Positions 10,156 through 23,013 of a DNA stretch of 64,000 nucleotides are shown piece after piece. Below the pieces are notes generated by a model. That model did no database searches and was not told where the DNA came from. It saw nothing but the letters and a program-made list of their open reading frames with translations. Source of the DNA: a virus. Made by a program: the position numbers and the translations under genes. The stretch's first letter is position 1. Every line of letters begins with the position of its first letter. The stretch spans positions 35,924 through 99,923 of IMG/VR virus record IMGVR_UViG_3300037246_001176. One strand, 5' to 3'.

Positions 10156-10184
10156 ATTATACCACGGTTCGCGCCTCCTGTCAA
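10156..10184 (-). promoter_or_regulatory. Sigma70 promoter
   Basis: TTGACA-17-TATAAT with TG extension. Confidence 0.75.
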
Positions 10185-10893
10185 GCCCTGGGCTGGCGCG
10201 GCGGCTCGCTGCCCGCCACGACGCAGAGCGAGTAGATGAGAATCGCCAAGAGGCAAACCGTAATGAACGCTGTGCAACAAAACGCGACCAGCACCGTGCT
10301 CATATCTCAATCGCCCTCCGCGCAGGGTAGATTCCACCAGATAAACAAGACCGCCGCAACCAAAATGATCACGACGAAAAGCAAGCATCCTGCCACGAAC
10401 CATGCGTTCATTCTATTATTGCTCCTTCATCATGCTACGAATGACTTCAACTGGCACTCTCAATCCACAGTTGCGGCAAACTTTGTGCCGGTGGGTGCGC
10501 CGAATTGGTGCGAATTCTGGATTGTCGCAACAGACGCGGAACTTGCTATCATTGGGGCAACCCCGATTGTCCCTCGTGAGACAGCGCCCATCCCGCACCC
10601 ACTCGCCTTGCGAATTGGTATGCCCACAATCGTGCTCGTTGAAACATGACCGCCAGACACAAAGACGGTCAAGCACTGCAGTGGGGCCGCAATACAAAGA
10701 TTGACCGAAACGATCTTTACCGACCTTCATCCCGCCGCCTCCATCTCCGCCTGCCCGAACACCTCTGCCATGCCGTCGTCAAAGACGATGACCCAAGCCC
10801 CGCCGGGACAGCCCGGCTTCTTAGGATGCAGCAGCTGCCCCTCAATCCTGCGCCCGCCGACCGTGACAGCGACTTTCTGCCCCGGCCTCGGTT

Positions 10894-11388
10894 TCAGTCC
10901 TTCCTGATCGCTTCCCATACATGCCTCCTCTCTTCATGCGTGCAATCAACCAACCCGTCCGCCCCCAGCCGCTTCAGCTGCTCGCGCACTCCCCTTGCCG
11001 TCATCCCCACCAGCCGCGCCAGGTCGGGAGTGGCCGTCGGCCCGTTGCCCCTGAGGACGGCCAGCGTCTTCAGCCTGCGCCGCTTGCCCTCCGCAGCGCG
11101 ATCTCTTGCTGCCGGGGACGCGCCGGCAGTCCTGACGTCGCGTTTATAGACCTCGCGCAAGAAGCTCTTGAATCTCGGCGCGCATCCGGCGCAGAACCTG
11201 CTCTTTCTGGACATCGGCCCCCCGCACAGGGGGCAGGTCTTGCCGCCGCGCATGGCTTCCGTCCGGCTCGCATTGGGCGTAGCGTTCATGCGGCCTCGGA
11301 GTGGTCGTCTCATTCTACAACCTGCCCAAAATATAATCAGGTCGCCGCTGCCCAGGTTGCGGGCAGATGGCCAGAATATGCCAGCCAT
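10894..11388 (-). CDS. Zinc finger plus wHTH protein (true start probably MNATP)
   Basis: CPLCG...CAGC; TPDLARLVGMTARGVREQLKRL. Confidence 0.6.
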   Translation of the reverse strand: MAGIFWPSARNLGSGDLIIFWAGCRMRRPLRGRMNATPNASRTEAMRGGKTCPLCGGPMSRKSRFCAGCAPRFKSFLREVYKRDVRTAGASPAARDRAAEGKRRRLKTLAVLRGNGPTATPDLARLVGMTARGVREQLKRLGADGLVDCTHEERRHVWEAIRKD

Positions 11389-13779
11389 CGTCTAAATCGT
11401 CTTGCAATGCCACCGTGCAATAGTCGGTGCACACCTCAATCTTTTTGATGTGCGCAACGAACCATTCAGGCATGGCGGCTCTCGTCATGCCGTCACTCTC
11501 ATAGGTCGGCTTTGCTGGCAATCCTGATCGTGGTGATGCGATCGCTTGCCGCTCAAGCCGTTGCTCTATTCGTAAAAGCGTGTTGACTATTTCAAGTCCC
11601 TGCGTGGTAGAGACTTCCTCCCCAACTCGGCAAGACACGTCAGGAAACATCCGCTTGAAAGTCACGGGGTTGTCATCAACAGACAGGCTGTATTTTGGCG
11701 ATACGAACCCGTTGCTATCTATGGAAGTTTCACAGTCAATACCATAATGCTGGCACAGCTTCTGCCAGACTTCAGGAGCCACCTTGCTATTCCAATCCAG
11801 CTGATTCGATATATGTCGCTCACCTTATCCTCTTTTCGTTTTTGGGTCATCCCACGGATCGTCATCGTCGCCCCAAACGTTCGCCTTCAGGTCTACCAGG
11901 CCGCCGTCCGCCACGCGCCGCATCTGTCCCTCCCTATCAAGGGAGAACTCAACAGAGTACACCTCGTTCGGACCGTTGTGCATCATGACGACGCCGCAGC
12001 CGATGCCGTACCTGAGCAATGCCTTGAACTGGCCCTTAGTGACCTTGATTCGCCTGTCGTGAAAGCCCATCACTAGTATCCCTCTCCTGGCTCGCTCTTG
12101 ATAGCTGGCCAGTTGGCGAATGATTCAGAAATAGGGTATTCAAATATCTCTGCCCGTTCTTCTAATTCAGCGTGGAGATCTGCGATGATCTGGGTCATTT
12201 TCGCCTGATGTTCAAACACCTCTGCCCGTTTTTCTAATTCGGCAGCATCGCAACTGTATTCGTTGACCGCCATCATGGCTTCACAGTGTTCACCTTCCAA
12301 ATCTATCTGAACACAAATAGCACGAACAATCCTGATTATCACTTGCAAATAGCCTAGCATTGATGTGCCTTGATATATCTTCCAGTTGCGCCAGCCACGG
12401 ATGGTGGCTGTGAACCGACGCTCTGTATCATCATCGCTCACGCTCTCTGAGATAAGTGCTCCTGCAACCCACCTGTGGCGGCCTATCACTCTCCATCTTT
12501 TCCTATGCCCTGTCATCATTTGTCCTCCACGCTGTAAAGTCGGTCGCGTTTTCATCCGCTTGTGCTCTAGGCTTTGAAAGGCCGAAGCACAGGTTTCCAT
12601 TCGCGCAAGTCCACCAACGGCCTGCCCATCATCCTGATTCTTTCCAAGTCGCCAGGGTGACAGATGACGCATTCTGGCGTGAACTCGGTCTCCATGATGT
12701 GATATGCATTGCTGCGCTCAATGTTCTCTTGCGTGACGTAATACAGGATCTCGCACGTTTCCGCCAAGTCCTGCACCAGTTGCTTCCAATTGAGACGTTA
12801 TGTCATCACCAGTACCCTTCCCCTGGCTTGCCCTTCACATCGGGCCAGTTTGAAAATAACTCTCGGAGCCTGTCCAGTTCGTCCAAATCGTCATAGTCGG
12901 TGGCGTCACGGTAAACCTGGTGTTTCCAACGGCCTCCCTGCTGACCAGCCTCTAGCGCATCCTCTAGCCGCCGGAACAGTCGGAGACCACGACAGCGCGC
13001 TCCTCAAGTTCGCCAACCTTCAGCGCAAGCTCGCACCTGGCGGCTTGCAGGAGTTCCTGATAACTCCGAGGTCGCGTGGTGCAATTTACAACATCTTTGT
13101 ACTCTGCGTAACTCAGCACGTCTTTCATCAGTCCAGATCCTTTCCGCACATCTCACAACCTACCTTCTCCACCGTGTGCCAGGTTGATGCCCGCCACCTA
13201 GACGCTGACGGCAGCTCGTCGAATTCGGAGCAGTGGTGCTCATAGCAAAGATCGCGGTAGAGGAAGCCGTGTCTTTCAAGCACGGTTTCTACCGGCCTGT
13301 GAAAGTGCCTCTTGAACAAAGTCTCCACCGCTGCTACGGTCTCCGCCTCCAGCGGCAGCCGCTCAGCCGCCCTCTCCGCCAGGGCCTCCGGGCTGCTGGC
13401 GAGGTACTCCTGCCAGGAGCGGGCGGCGTGGCGACGGTAGTAGGCATCTAGGGACTCTTCGGCCTCGTCGTGCAGTAACTGTCGCCTGTCAACTCCATCC
13501 ATTATCCCTCACTCCCTTCCCGCATCAGCCGTGTCCCAGCGGCCCCTGCGACGACGATGACGTCCGCCCCGTTGCCCGTCAGCTCGCCATCCGTCAACTC
13601 TGTAATGCTCTCTAAATCTCGCCAGTCGTCCGCCAATGTCACGATGCCTTTCCATCTTGGCAATGCAGAGAGGCGACTGAGAGCGTCATGTGCCAACGCT
13701 TCCGCGCCACTCTCGTCTGGAGCTTCCACATGGAGCGTGACCTGGATATTGATCAAGACTTCCCATTTCTTTCCGTTGC

Positions 13780-14445
13780 TCATAGCGCGAAACCCCCTTC
13801 TTGTATCAGTCGCGATCCTGCCGCCGCCGCGACCACGATGGCGTCCGCCTCATGGTCAGTCAGCTCGTTGTTCTCCAGCCACGCCAGCGGATCATCTCCG
13901 CCGTACCTCACCGCCACCCCGGCGACGGCCCTCGCCTTCACCGCATCGCCGCACAGTTTCAGAGCTGCGCCGTGCAGCTGCGACGGGACATGCAGACCGC
14001 CGAGGACGGTTCGCCGCGCCTTCTCGCTCTCCATCGGAACGGGCACGATGCCGAAGTCGGCGCACGCGGCCCAGAGGATACCGCGCAGGTAGCCGTATGC
14101 CAAGAGCGACTTGCTGCTCACTGGCCTGCGCCTCGCCCGCCGCTCCCTGGCAGCTGCTAAGAGCCAGCGCGATGGGTCTTCGTAGGCCACATGGAGCATC
14201 GCGCCGAACGCAGAGGCTGTTATCCTAGCGTCTTGGAGCAGCTTGCGCAGTTCCAGCGACAGGTGGGCCGCCCGCTGCATCTGGACGGATTCGGTGACTT
14301 TGCCGCTGTGTTTCAGGGCGGCTATCGTGCCGAAGCCCAGGATCTCGTCGCCAGGGTATTCTAGGACGGCCCATCCGGTGGGGCTGGCCCAGGCGGGATC
14401 TAGGCCGAGGATGTGGAGCTTGCTCGTTTCAATTGATGCGCTCAT
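13780..14445 (-). CDS. RuvC-like Holliday junction resolvase
   Basis: ILGLDPAW...TGWAV, AYED, DHEADA. Confidence 0.8.
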   Translation of the reverse strand: MSASIETSKLHILGLDPAWASPTGWAVLEYPGDEILGFGTIAALKHSGKVTESVQMQRAAHLSLELRKLLQDARITASAFGAMLHVAYEDPSRWLLAAARERRARRRPVSSKSLLAYGYLRGILWAACADFGIVPVPMESEKARRTVLGGLHVPSQLHGAALKLCGDAVKARAVAGVAVRYGGDDPLAWLENNELTDHEADAIVVAAAAGSRLIQEGGFAL

Positions 14446-16820
14446 ACTTCTACTCCTGCGAACTCAAAAAGGGATTGCCCCTTCTCACTGACCGCTTTCT
14501 GCAAGTTCCTGACCATCTCATCAAAGTATGATTTTTTCAATTCGATCAGTATGGCCCGCCGACCATGCTTCACGGCCACATAACCTTCCGATCCAATTCC
14601 TCCGAAGGGGGACAATATCGTCTCTCCCGGATTGCTGTAAAGCTTGATGCACCGCTCTATGGTTTCCAGCTGCAGCGGGCAGATGTGCTTTTCATCATCG
14701 TGCGCCCGTCCGTGCTTGTACCCATGCTGAAGTACGTTAGTTTCGTTGATGTCATGCCAGATCCCGCAGGCCCACTTTATCCAGAGATCGTTGTCCATCT
14801 CCCGGTTGGCAACCGGCGTTATGGGGATTTGATTGTCACCAGGCTTGCGAAATACGAGCACCTGGTCAAGAAGCGCCGGCCTACTGTGCACGCTGTCCTT
14901 TGAGAGCTGCACGAAAAGCAATCCCTTGGAATGAGTCCGGATCGCCTGAGCTTGAGGATTCTTTGATATCACGATGCGTCCGTGAAAAATCCAGCCTTCG
15001 GCCTCGTAAGCCGCAATGACGCGGCCTGGAAAGTCCTTGATGCCGATGTACCCGTCCTTCTGCGCCAGGGCAGGGATGTCGCTGGTATGGACGCACGTTA
15101 CCCGACCGAGTTTCGTTACTCGCAGAACCTCGCGGATAATATAGGAATAATGCTCAAAGAACTCGTCCCAATTGCGCGAGTTGCCCAGATCACGAAGGCT
15201 AGGAGTGTAAGTATAAAGATCGGCGAATGGCGGCGAATAGATCGACAGGTCAATTGAACCGTCGCCGATTTCGGCCAACCTCTCGCTTGAATCACCCAGC
15301 ATCGCCGTCCAATTTTCCGTCGTGATCTTGTCCTCTCGATACTCCTCTTGCAGTGGCGTGACCATTCCCAACTCCTCCTTCTCAAAACCCTCTAATTGCC
15401 TGATCATCTGCTCGCGCAAGCGGCGCGCCTGCGCATCTTTGCGCATGATGTTATGATAGATGCCGTCCTCGATGTCAGCCAAGATGATATGAACGTTGAC
15501 GGGATGCTCTTGCAAATAACGCCATTCGCGGCGGATGCATTGATAATATTGTTCCCAAGAGTAATTTAGACCAAAGAAGATCATCTCATGCGCCTGTTGC
15601 AGATTGAGCCCGTATCCCAGCACGCGAGGTTTGCTTATAAGGATGCTTTTCTTTTTGTCTAGCCAAAGATCAAGCCGATGGATCTTTTCCTCCGTTGGCA
15701 GTGAACCATGAATAGAAACGCTCTCATCTCCAAACATTTCCGCTAACGCATCCTGTTCCTCATTCAGCCCACACCAGATGACCCATTGTTCATCACCGCC
15801 ATTAACTAATTGTTCTAATCTGCTCAATCTGACAGACAACGTATGCCTTCTAATCTGCGCCTGTTCACGTATACCCCTGATATACGTAAAGAAAAGCCGA
15901 TCATCGGGCCTGTAGTCCGACTCTACAAAGTGCGTATGGATATTGAGTGGGGGAAGAACAAAACCGCCATCATCATATCCCAAATCCGACGGCTTGATCA
16001 TCATAATTGCCCATGATGACAACCAACGAAAAAAAGGATTCTCAGCATGGTGTTTCAATCGCCATTCTGTGCCCGCCTTGTTAGTGCCCTTCTTGCGGTA
16101 TGCCGTACCGTTGATGTAATAGGTATGCTCCTTATTGGCGTTGACGAAAAACTGCGCCAGCATCTCCGAGCGCGAGCAAATGCCGAGAAACTCGGCATGA
16201 TTGCCAAGCTCAATATGGTCGTTCGGCGCAGGAGTGGCCGTGCAACAGAGACGATATGGCACATTGGCGCACATTTCGATCAACTTGCGTTTCGTCTGAC
16301 CGCTTATGGATTTCAGAATGGATGATTCATCCAGCACTACCGCGCCGAATTGCGAGAAGTCAAAGCTACCAATCATCTCGTAATTCGTGATCCAAATCTT
16401 GGCGGAATCGTCAACATCTGCCTGGTTTCTGACGTAGCGCACGGCCAGATCGATCTTTCGCCCCTCTCGTACCGTCTGCCTTCCTACTGAAAGAGGGGCG
16501 ACAATCAGCGTCTTCTCGCCCAAGAGTCGCGCCCATTCCAGCTGGCAGAGGGTCTTGCCCAAGCCGGTATCAAGAAAGATTGCGCATCGGCCCTTGCGGA
16601 TAGCCCATGCCGTCACGTCTTTCTGGAACGGAAAAAGCAGAGGGTGAATATCTTCTATCTCTACCTGCTTTCCATGCGCAACCTGTCTGAAGCGCTTGCT
16701 CTCAATAAATTCACCGTAACTCAGGATGCCCGCAGCAACATTCTCTCTACCAAGTTCGGCGATCGTCGCATATCGTTCCTGAGCCTTAATCATGAGCCAA
16801 TCTCCTCTCATGAAAGTCAC
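14442..16820 (-). CDS. SF2 (SNF2-like) helicase fused to an N4/N6 DNA methyltransferase
   Basis: DTGLGKT, LDESS, TATPAPN, GLNLQ; C-terminal SPPF, HICPLQL, SPFGGIGS. Confidence 0.9.
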   Translation of the reverse strand: MTFMRGDWLMIKAQERYATIAELGRENVAAGILSYGEFIESKRFRQVAHGKQVEIEDIHPLLFPFQKDVTAWAIRKGRCAIFLDTGLGKTLCQLEWARLLGEKTLIVAPLSVGRQTVREGRKIDLAVRYVRNQADVDDSAKIWITNYEMIGSFDFSQFGAVVLDESSILKSISGQTKRKLIEMCANVPYRLCCTATPAPNDHIELGNHAEFLGICSRSEMLAQFFVNANKEHTYYINGTAYRKKGTNKAGTEWRLKHHAENPFFRWLSSWAIMMIKPSDLGYDDGGFVLPPLNIHTHFVESDYRPDDRLFFTYIRGIREQAQIRRHTLSVRLSRLEQLVNGGDEQWVIWCGLNEEQDALAEMFGDESVSIHGSLPTEEKIHRLDLWLDKKKSILISKPRVLGYGLNLQQAHEMIFFGLNYSWEQYYQCIRREWRYLQEHPVNVHIILADIEDGIYHNIMRKDAQARRLREQMIRQLEGFEKEELGMVTPLQEEYREDKITTENWTAMLGDSSERLAEIGDGSIDLSIYSPPFADLYTYTPSLRDLGNSRNWDEFFEHYSYIIREVLRVTKLGRVTCVHTSDIPALAQKDGYIGIKDFPGRVIAAYEAEGWIFHGRIVISKNPQAQAIRTHSKGLLFVQLSKDSVHSRPALLDQVLVFRKPGDNQIPITPVANREMDNDLWIKWACGIWHDINETNVLQHGYKHGRAHDDEKHICPLQLETIERCIKLYSNPGETILSPFGGIGSEGYVAVKHGRRAILIELKKSYFDEMVRNLQKAVSEKGQSLFEFAGVEV

Positions 16821-17225
16821 TCACCGCCCCCACATGCCCGCACAGTACGGTAGCATTGTGCCCGAACCCGATCAGGCACTGGCACTGCTTGTGCTCCAGC
16901 CCCGCCGCGCACAGCCCGTCGGCCAGCATCAGCCGCCGACCGGCGCGGCCAGCCACGGACGACTGCGCCAGCGGGCAGGGATCACCCTCAATGCCGTCCG
17001 TCCAGACGTGGAGCGGAGTGGTCTTGGCGTGGCGTCGTTTCGCCGCTTTCTTACGCTTCGCCATCGGCCAGCTCCCATTCCTCAATCCTAGTAATGAGCA
17101 TGGAGTTGCCCTTCATGAACCGCTCCTGTGCGTCCAAGCGGAACGTCCACGGCAGTCCCTCTTGAAACGAGATTATCTTGCGCCGGACGTGCTGGCGGCG
17201 ACGGTGGCGGATGACGTCGCCGACC

Positions 17226-17786
17226 TCAAGAACCTGATGCCTGGTCTGCGCTTTGCCCATCTGTAATCATCCTTTCCCTGATCCATGCCTCAACTGTCTC
17301 GTAAGGGATCGCCGCGCCCATGCCCCTCGCGGTGGCGACGAACTCCCATTTGAATTCCTGGTGCAGCCGGTAGGCCAGCGTGAAGCATCGCCCGTCAAAG
17401 CACCGCGTCTTCTCGCCCTGGTAATCCATCCGTCGCAGCACGGCCTCAACGATGTTAAGCGCCAGGTCTGCTGGCCCGCTGCCGCCGTACCCGAAGCTGA
17501 AGCCGGTAGGCGAATGATGCACCACCAGGTGAGGAACGTTCGTCACTGTCGCGCCGGTGTCGGCCAACTCCATGACGATGCCGTTCGTGAGCGGTACTCC
17601 TACCAGTTTCAAGTCACAAAAACTATCCTCATTCATCGCGCTGTTCCCTCCATTTACGTTGTACCCCATGCCAGAACATACCGGCCCGATGCCGCGCCCC
17701 ACGCTGACGGGGTGCGTCAGTCCGCGCCCGCAGCAGGAGCAGCGTACACCGGCGCGGCCCCAGAAGGCGGTCTGCTCATTCATCAT
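17226..17786 (-). CDS. Zinc-finger (DUF6011-like) plus DUF6166-like protein
   Basis: CGRGLTHPVSVGRGIGPVC; HHSPTGFSFGYGGSGPADLALNI. Confidence 0.7.
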   Translation of the reverse strand: MMNEQTAFWGRAGVRCSCCGRGLTHPVSVGRGIGPVCSGMGYNVNGGNSAMNEDSFCDLKLVGVPLTNGIVMELADTGATVTNVPHLVVHHSPTGFSFGYGGSGPADLALNIVEAVLRRMDYQGEKTRCFDGRCFTLAYRLHQEFKWEFVATARGMGAAIPYETVEAWIRERMITDGQSADQASGS

Positions 17787-20071
17787 CCTCGCCTATTGCC
17801 CTCATCCCTGCTACATGATCCAGTGCATCAACAGGCGCTAACACCCAGACGTATCCCGCTATTCTCGCCCGCTTCTCCATCTCACGCCATGCTGCTATCG
17901 CGCCTGCTAATTCGTCAACTGATAGAAAACCGAATAGTTCATCCATCTCTCTCTCTACTTCTCTAACCCGCGCCAATAAACCGAAACGCTTATCAATGTC
18001 TAATGTCAAACGATAAGATCCATCCTTCAATTCTACTAAACCCTCTTGCTCTAGCCCAAGAAGAACTTCTTCGCATTTATCACCAGTAATCAACTCCAAA
18101 TAATCAAGCGTGAATGTTTTCAACAACAAAACATTGTGGCTGATTTGTGCCCAAATCTTCTTCTTCATCTCCCTCTACTCTTTCCCTCTTCAAACTATCA
18201 GTTGTTCATGCGCAATCTTCATACCCGCCCGCCTCCGCCACCGGTCGCACGCCTTGCGCCAGATGCGGCGGTTCTTGCGCTGATATGCCGCATCGCCAGA
18301 CGGACGGCCCAAGATGTCGCGCTTTGCGCAGTCGGCGTGGTAGGCTTTGCTCAACTGACCGCAGAGTCTCAGAGCTTCTTTTGATAGTGGCGTAATCGTG
18401 TATGTCATGTTCCCTCCAATCTTAAATGATACCAACCTCAGCCATGATACTGTTCACCATGCCCCAAAAGTTGCCAAGGGCATGTTCATACACATCAGGT
18501 TGGCGCTCTGCCATCTCCTCTGGCGTGATGTTAAACCCGCTGTGCCGGATGAGGATGTCTGACCAAAGCGCACTATCAGCTAGTATAGCCCTCTTTGCTT
18601 TGCCCAACCTCCGACCTGTAACTTTGCGCCCTGTTACCCCGTAACCACCACCGATGCCCTCAAGCGCGAACCGCGCCACGAAATGGTTGAAATATTCGTG
18701 CTTCTTAGCTCTTGTAATCAAGATGTCCCTCCAATCTCAAATAAACCGAATTCTGCCATAAATTCCGCAAACAATGTTTCAACAGTTACATAAGCGTAAG
18801 TCCTGCCCGCCATGTGACCAGCCACGAAACCCGTCTCAAACGCCGCGACGAGACCCTGAAACAACGCATCCTTCAGACACTCGCCCGAAAGCAGAATCTC
18901 TTCTAGCTCCAGAAGGTCGTCAATCCGCTTCTGCGCCGCAACCTTCGCTGCTGCTTTCAGTTCCTTGCTCATGCTGCTTCTCCGATTACCAGCCCCATCT
19001 TCACCGCCACCGCGTCCAGATACATGCATGCTAGAATGTCACTGCTACCCGCCGCCCAGTCCAGCTTCCGCGCCAGGTTCCTGACGCGCTGCGCGAACCC
19101 GTTGCGGCGGGGGCGGCTGTAGAACGGGATTTCTTGACGATGTTCTTGCCAGAGTTGTCGGGCTTTTTCCAGCATAGTTACCTCACCATCCCATGTGGCG
19201 TTCAAACGCAAACTTTGCGCTGAATATATCGCCATAAAGATCTGGGCTTTTATCCAGCATCTCTTCAGCCCGCTTTACAAGCTGTTCCATCATATATGCC
19301 TCGCGATAAATAGATGCTTCCCAGTCTTCAGATACCCAGTCTTTGGTATACTCAACTACCAACTGCTGGGCAAATGACTTGGCGCGTTCCAACCGCTCTC
19401 CATATCGATATGCAAGAAACAAGATGGTCTGATGCTCAACAGAAATATCTGACCACTTCTTAGCACCATAATACTCAGCGATGTCTTGGCGATCATCTTT
19501 TGACCAAGACACCAAGTTGTTAGCCTGCGCCTCGCCGCCGAACTGCTTTGCAACAGCCTTAGCTTTTTCTAGGTCTGCCATTATTATAACTCCTATATCC
19601 TCAAGACCTGAGTATACTCTTTTTCAATCATTCTTATCTCTCTTGGCTGCTCATGTTCCGCGATCTCCCCAAGAAGAATCGCCAAATCCTGCAACTCAGT
19701 ATCGGCTTTTAGTAGACCTGCCTCTTTCGCGAGGTCACTTACTGGGAAATCGCGACAGAGCATTCTTATCTTTTGCACTGATTCAATGATTGATTGACAA
19801 TGTTCAGTTATTGTCATTATCTCCCCCTACAGCTCCACGATGCGTCTGTACTCCTGGTTCAGTCGCTCAATGCCCCTATGCAACCCATCAATACTGGCTA
19901 TCAATCGGTCAATATCGTTCTGCGTCATGGTTGACTGACCAGTACCGTTAGCACCATGAACTCGCAGTTCCTCTTTCCAGAGCCGCAATTGCCGATTCAG
20001 CCTGTCCCTTGAGTTTGCGTCTAGTGTTATCATCTCTGTCTCCCGTCTGCTTGCTTGCTCAACCTATGTAT

Positions 20072-20136
20072 ATTATAGCAGAATATACCAGATTTGTCAA
20101 GCATTTTACGGCATCACAGGAAAAATTTAAGGTCAG
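20072..20136 (-). promoter_or_regulatory. Repeated promoter cassette, copy 1
   Basis: TTGACA-17-TATAAT with TGC extension, upstream ACCTTAAA, leader GTTGAGCAAGCAAG. Confidence 0.8.
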
Positions 20137-20295
20137 GCATCCATCGCCCACAAGCCCACTGCCGCGCCGAGAAGCAGGCCGCCGGCCCACGACAGAATCT
20201 TAACCCCTTCGCCCTCTGCAAAAAACAGCATCGGGATGCTCAATACCGCACCTACAAGCACCATCAGGAGAAACACCCCCCTAAAGTCAATGTCA

Positions 20296-21150
20296 TCAAT
20301 CACTGCTATCTCCTCTCACCGAAACCCTCATCTTTTTTATGATCCGCGCCTGCCACTCAGCCGCCACCGGATCGTCGCCGTCAGCGAACTTGAGCACTGG
20401 GACGCGCACCCGCTCGCCAGTCCCATTGTCGTAGAAAAGTATGACCCAGGAACCGTCGAGGACGAGTTCAGGTTTCGCGCTCCCGTCCGCGACGAACCGC
20501 TCCTGCTCCTGGTTCCACTCCGGCTCCGTCACGCTCATGGCATGGCGGTGCTGCGTCGTGGTATAGCCCGGCGACGTCAGAGTCTCAAGCTGATGGCCTT
20601 GCAGCAAGCCGTGCACTGCGCTGCTTGCCGCCCGCGCTGCTTTATCAATGTTCACCCGCTCCGCCAGCTGCCCCGCGTCGTCCGGATCGACGCCCGCTCG
20701 CTCAAGGCACTCGCGCCCGATGGCCGTGTGCCGGAACACCTGGACGCACCGTTTCCATGCCGACCACGTGCCGTAAGCCCGCCCCGTCAGCATGGAGGCC
20801 CAGTCACTGAAGCTGATGTCGTCCCAGTACCCGCAATCTTGGAACGCGGCGAACCGGCATATCATACGCTGCTTGCCGCTCGGCAAGGGCCACGCCACAA
20901 GCTCATCCATCCACGCCAGGAGAGAACCTATCTGCCACGGGTCAAGCCGCTCTACCCGCTCCGCCCGCTGGCGGTACGCGGCGAACCACGCCTCGTACCC
21001 CTGGGCGATGTTAAGCAGGCTGTCAGGCGACAGGGCTGCCGCGATGTCGCTAGGCCATGCCCGGTCGAGGCTGTTGACCAGGCTCTCGTGGGCTGGCGAA
21101 AGCGGGCACCGTTCGGGCAGCGAATCGTGCACTACTGTTATGACGACCAT
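20296..21150 (-). CDS. Hypothetical protein
   Basis: 284 aa, AGGAG RBS, no motif recognised. Confidence 0.65.
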   Translation of the reverse strand: MVVITVVHDSLPERCPLSPAHESLVNSLDRAWPSDIAAALSPDSLLNIAQGYEAWFAAYRQRAERVERLDPWQIGSLLAWMDELVAWPLPSGKQRMICRFAAFQDCGYWDDISFSDWASMLTGRAYGTWSAWKRCVQVFRHTAIGRECLERAGVDPDDAGQLAERVNIDKAARAASSAVHGLLQGHQLETLTSPGYTTTQHRHAMSVTEPEWNQEQERFVADGSAKPELVLDGSWVILFYDNGTGERVRVPVLKFADGDDPVAAEWQARIIKKMRVSVRGDSSD

Positions 21151-21852
21151 TCCATTTCACTCCTATCATCCATTTACGCTAACACTATCCTGAAAAACCA
21201 AGCCGCCGTCACAGCCGCCAGCAGGACGCCCTGCTGAACTGTATGCTTGTCTGTCGCGCCGCTTTTCTGCCACAGCCGCCAGGCGACGAGGAGCAAGACG
21301 GTTGAGATTATGGCTAATATCGTTGTGTTCATCATCCCTATTCTCCAGCATTGCTTTTATTTCCTCAATCAGCAAGAAACAACCACGGCAAGTAACCTTT
21401 CCTTCAATTACTTCCCCATCGGCTACGCCGTCCTCGCCATCTAGCTGGATTCCGCAAAGAGTCCGTGGCCCCGCATATTGCACTGCAACATGGTACGCCC
21501 CGTCAATCAATGCGGACTCAAAATACTCGTGGTTTTTGTCTGTTGCTATCATCTGGAAAACACGCATCATTTAACCTCCTTAAATTCCACCGGCCCCCAC
21601 CTTGCCGCCGAGGCTTGTTGCCCTTTTCTGTCCCCGCCACCCCCACCACCACGCTTGCCGTGGCTGGTGCTCTGGCGAGAATGGCAAGCCGTGTCCGGCC
21701 CTGCGTCCGGCTGCGGGGCGCTCTTGCGAGCGGGCGTGCTTGCTGGCCTGCCGTGAATTTGATGCTGCTTTTACCGAGTACCTGTTCGTTTTTGCCCGGT
21801 CATTTGTGCCGGGCCATGAGCGCGCACCGCTCCGACACGATGCGCGCCGTCC

Positions 21853-21973
21853 CCCTGCTCCCTGCCTAGCGGATGAATAAAAAGCTACTTTTATCGTCGT
21901 TCCCCTTTGACATCTGATTGCCTCGTTCTGTTCCGCCGCGAGGTTTGACGGCCTCGCTGGCAGGGATGCAGGG
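21853..21973 (-). ncRNA. Novel structured RNA, copy A
   Basis: Closing stem CCCTGCATCCCTGCC/GGCAGGGAGCAGGG; homologous to 37219-37370. Confidence 0.7.
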
Positions 21974-22998
21974 TTACGGATGCGAGCCGTTATGAGGCGG
22001 CTTCGCATCGCTGATCGCTGCCCATTCTGGCACTGTCTCTGCCGCTCTCAGGCTCTCCAGCCTGTCGTCGTTGCCCGCTGCCATTATGAGCCACGTAGAC
22101 TTTGCTTTCGCCATTCTCAGGCTGATCGGGCAGCACAATTTCCTTTCTGGCGCAACAGTCCAAGAACTGCCAGCGGGCATCGTCTTTTTGGGCATTACGA
22201 CCGTCCAACCCCACCTCCCTGATTTTTCTTTAACAAGGTGCAGGACGGTGTGAGAGAAATTGTAATCCTCGCGCCTGACGCTGACGCAAATTCGCTTGCG
22301 CCCGCCATAGGTGGCGGGTTCGCCAAATTCTACCGAGCCTGGTACGTAGCTGTCACTCATCCAGTTCCTCCTTGTCTATGCCAGGACTAACCGCCCATCC
22401 CCCCCTGTGCTGTATCACGACCGCAACCACTCGCCCTTCCGCTTCCTCCGCCGCCAGCACATCACCGAGCGAGCCTGGGGCGTAGCTGTGGCCCTGGAGC
22501 AGGAGCGGTTGTGTTGATGTGGACTCTAGCCAACCGATGCCGTCAATATGAAGATGCTGGCGGTCAAAAACGTGTATGTCGTCCCCCGCCAAATCTTCAC
22601 AATATACGTATGTATTACTGACTAGAGTCACGACGAGCACTGTCTTTTTGTGAGCAGCACCAGGCACAAATTGCACGAAGACTACCTTGTCACCGACTTG
22701 ATATTTCATCACATCGCTGCCTTCTCTGGCGTTGCTAATGAAGCGTGCCACAAAGCAGGTTCAGTCCATTTTAAATCAAAAGTCAACACTTCCTCGCAAG
22801 CCAGGCACTCAAACTCCGTTGATGTTGGCAGATCATACCCGCAGCCCTCCCAGTCATGCGCCGATTCTTTCAGTTTGTCCAACATATCAGCGCCGCAGTA
22901 TGGACAAAGCGCCCCCCATTCTTTGAGCTCCCAGTCCCTATCAAATTTCGCCCTTTTTGCCATGAAAGCATCTACATCAAAAGACATCGCTATCTCCT

Positions 22999-23013
22999 TT
23001 CTGGATTCCAGAA
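22999..23013. repeat. Dispersed palindrome TTCTGGA-N-TCCAGAA
   Basis: Also at 23254-23268, 38356-38370, 42559-42573, 53587-53601, 58744-58758; near match at 8352-8366. Confidence 0.85.

Noticed and set aside
21575-21975. tmRNA or RNase P RNA
   Set aside because: No tRNA-like ends, tag ORF or RNase P conserved regions
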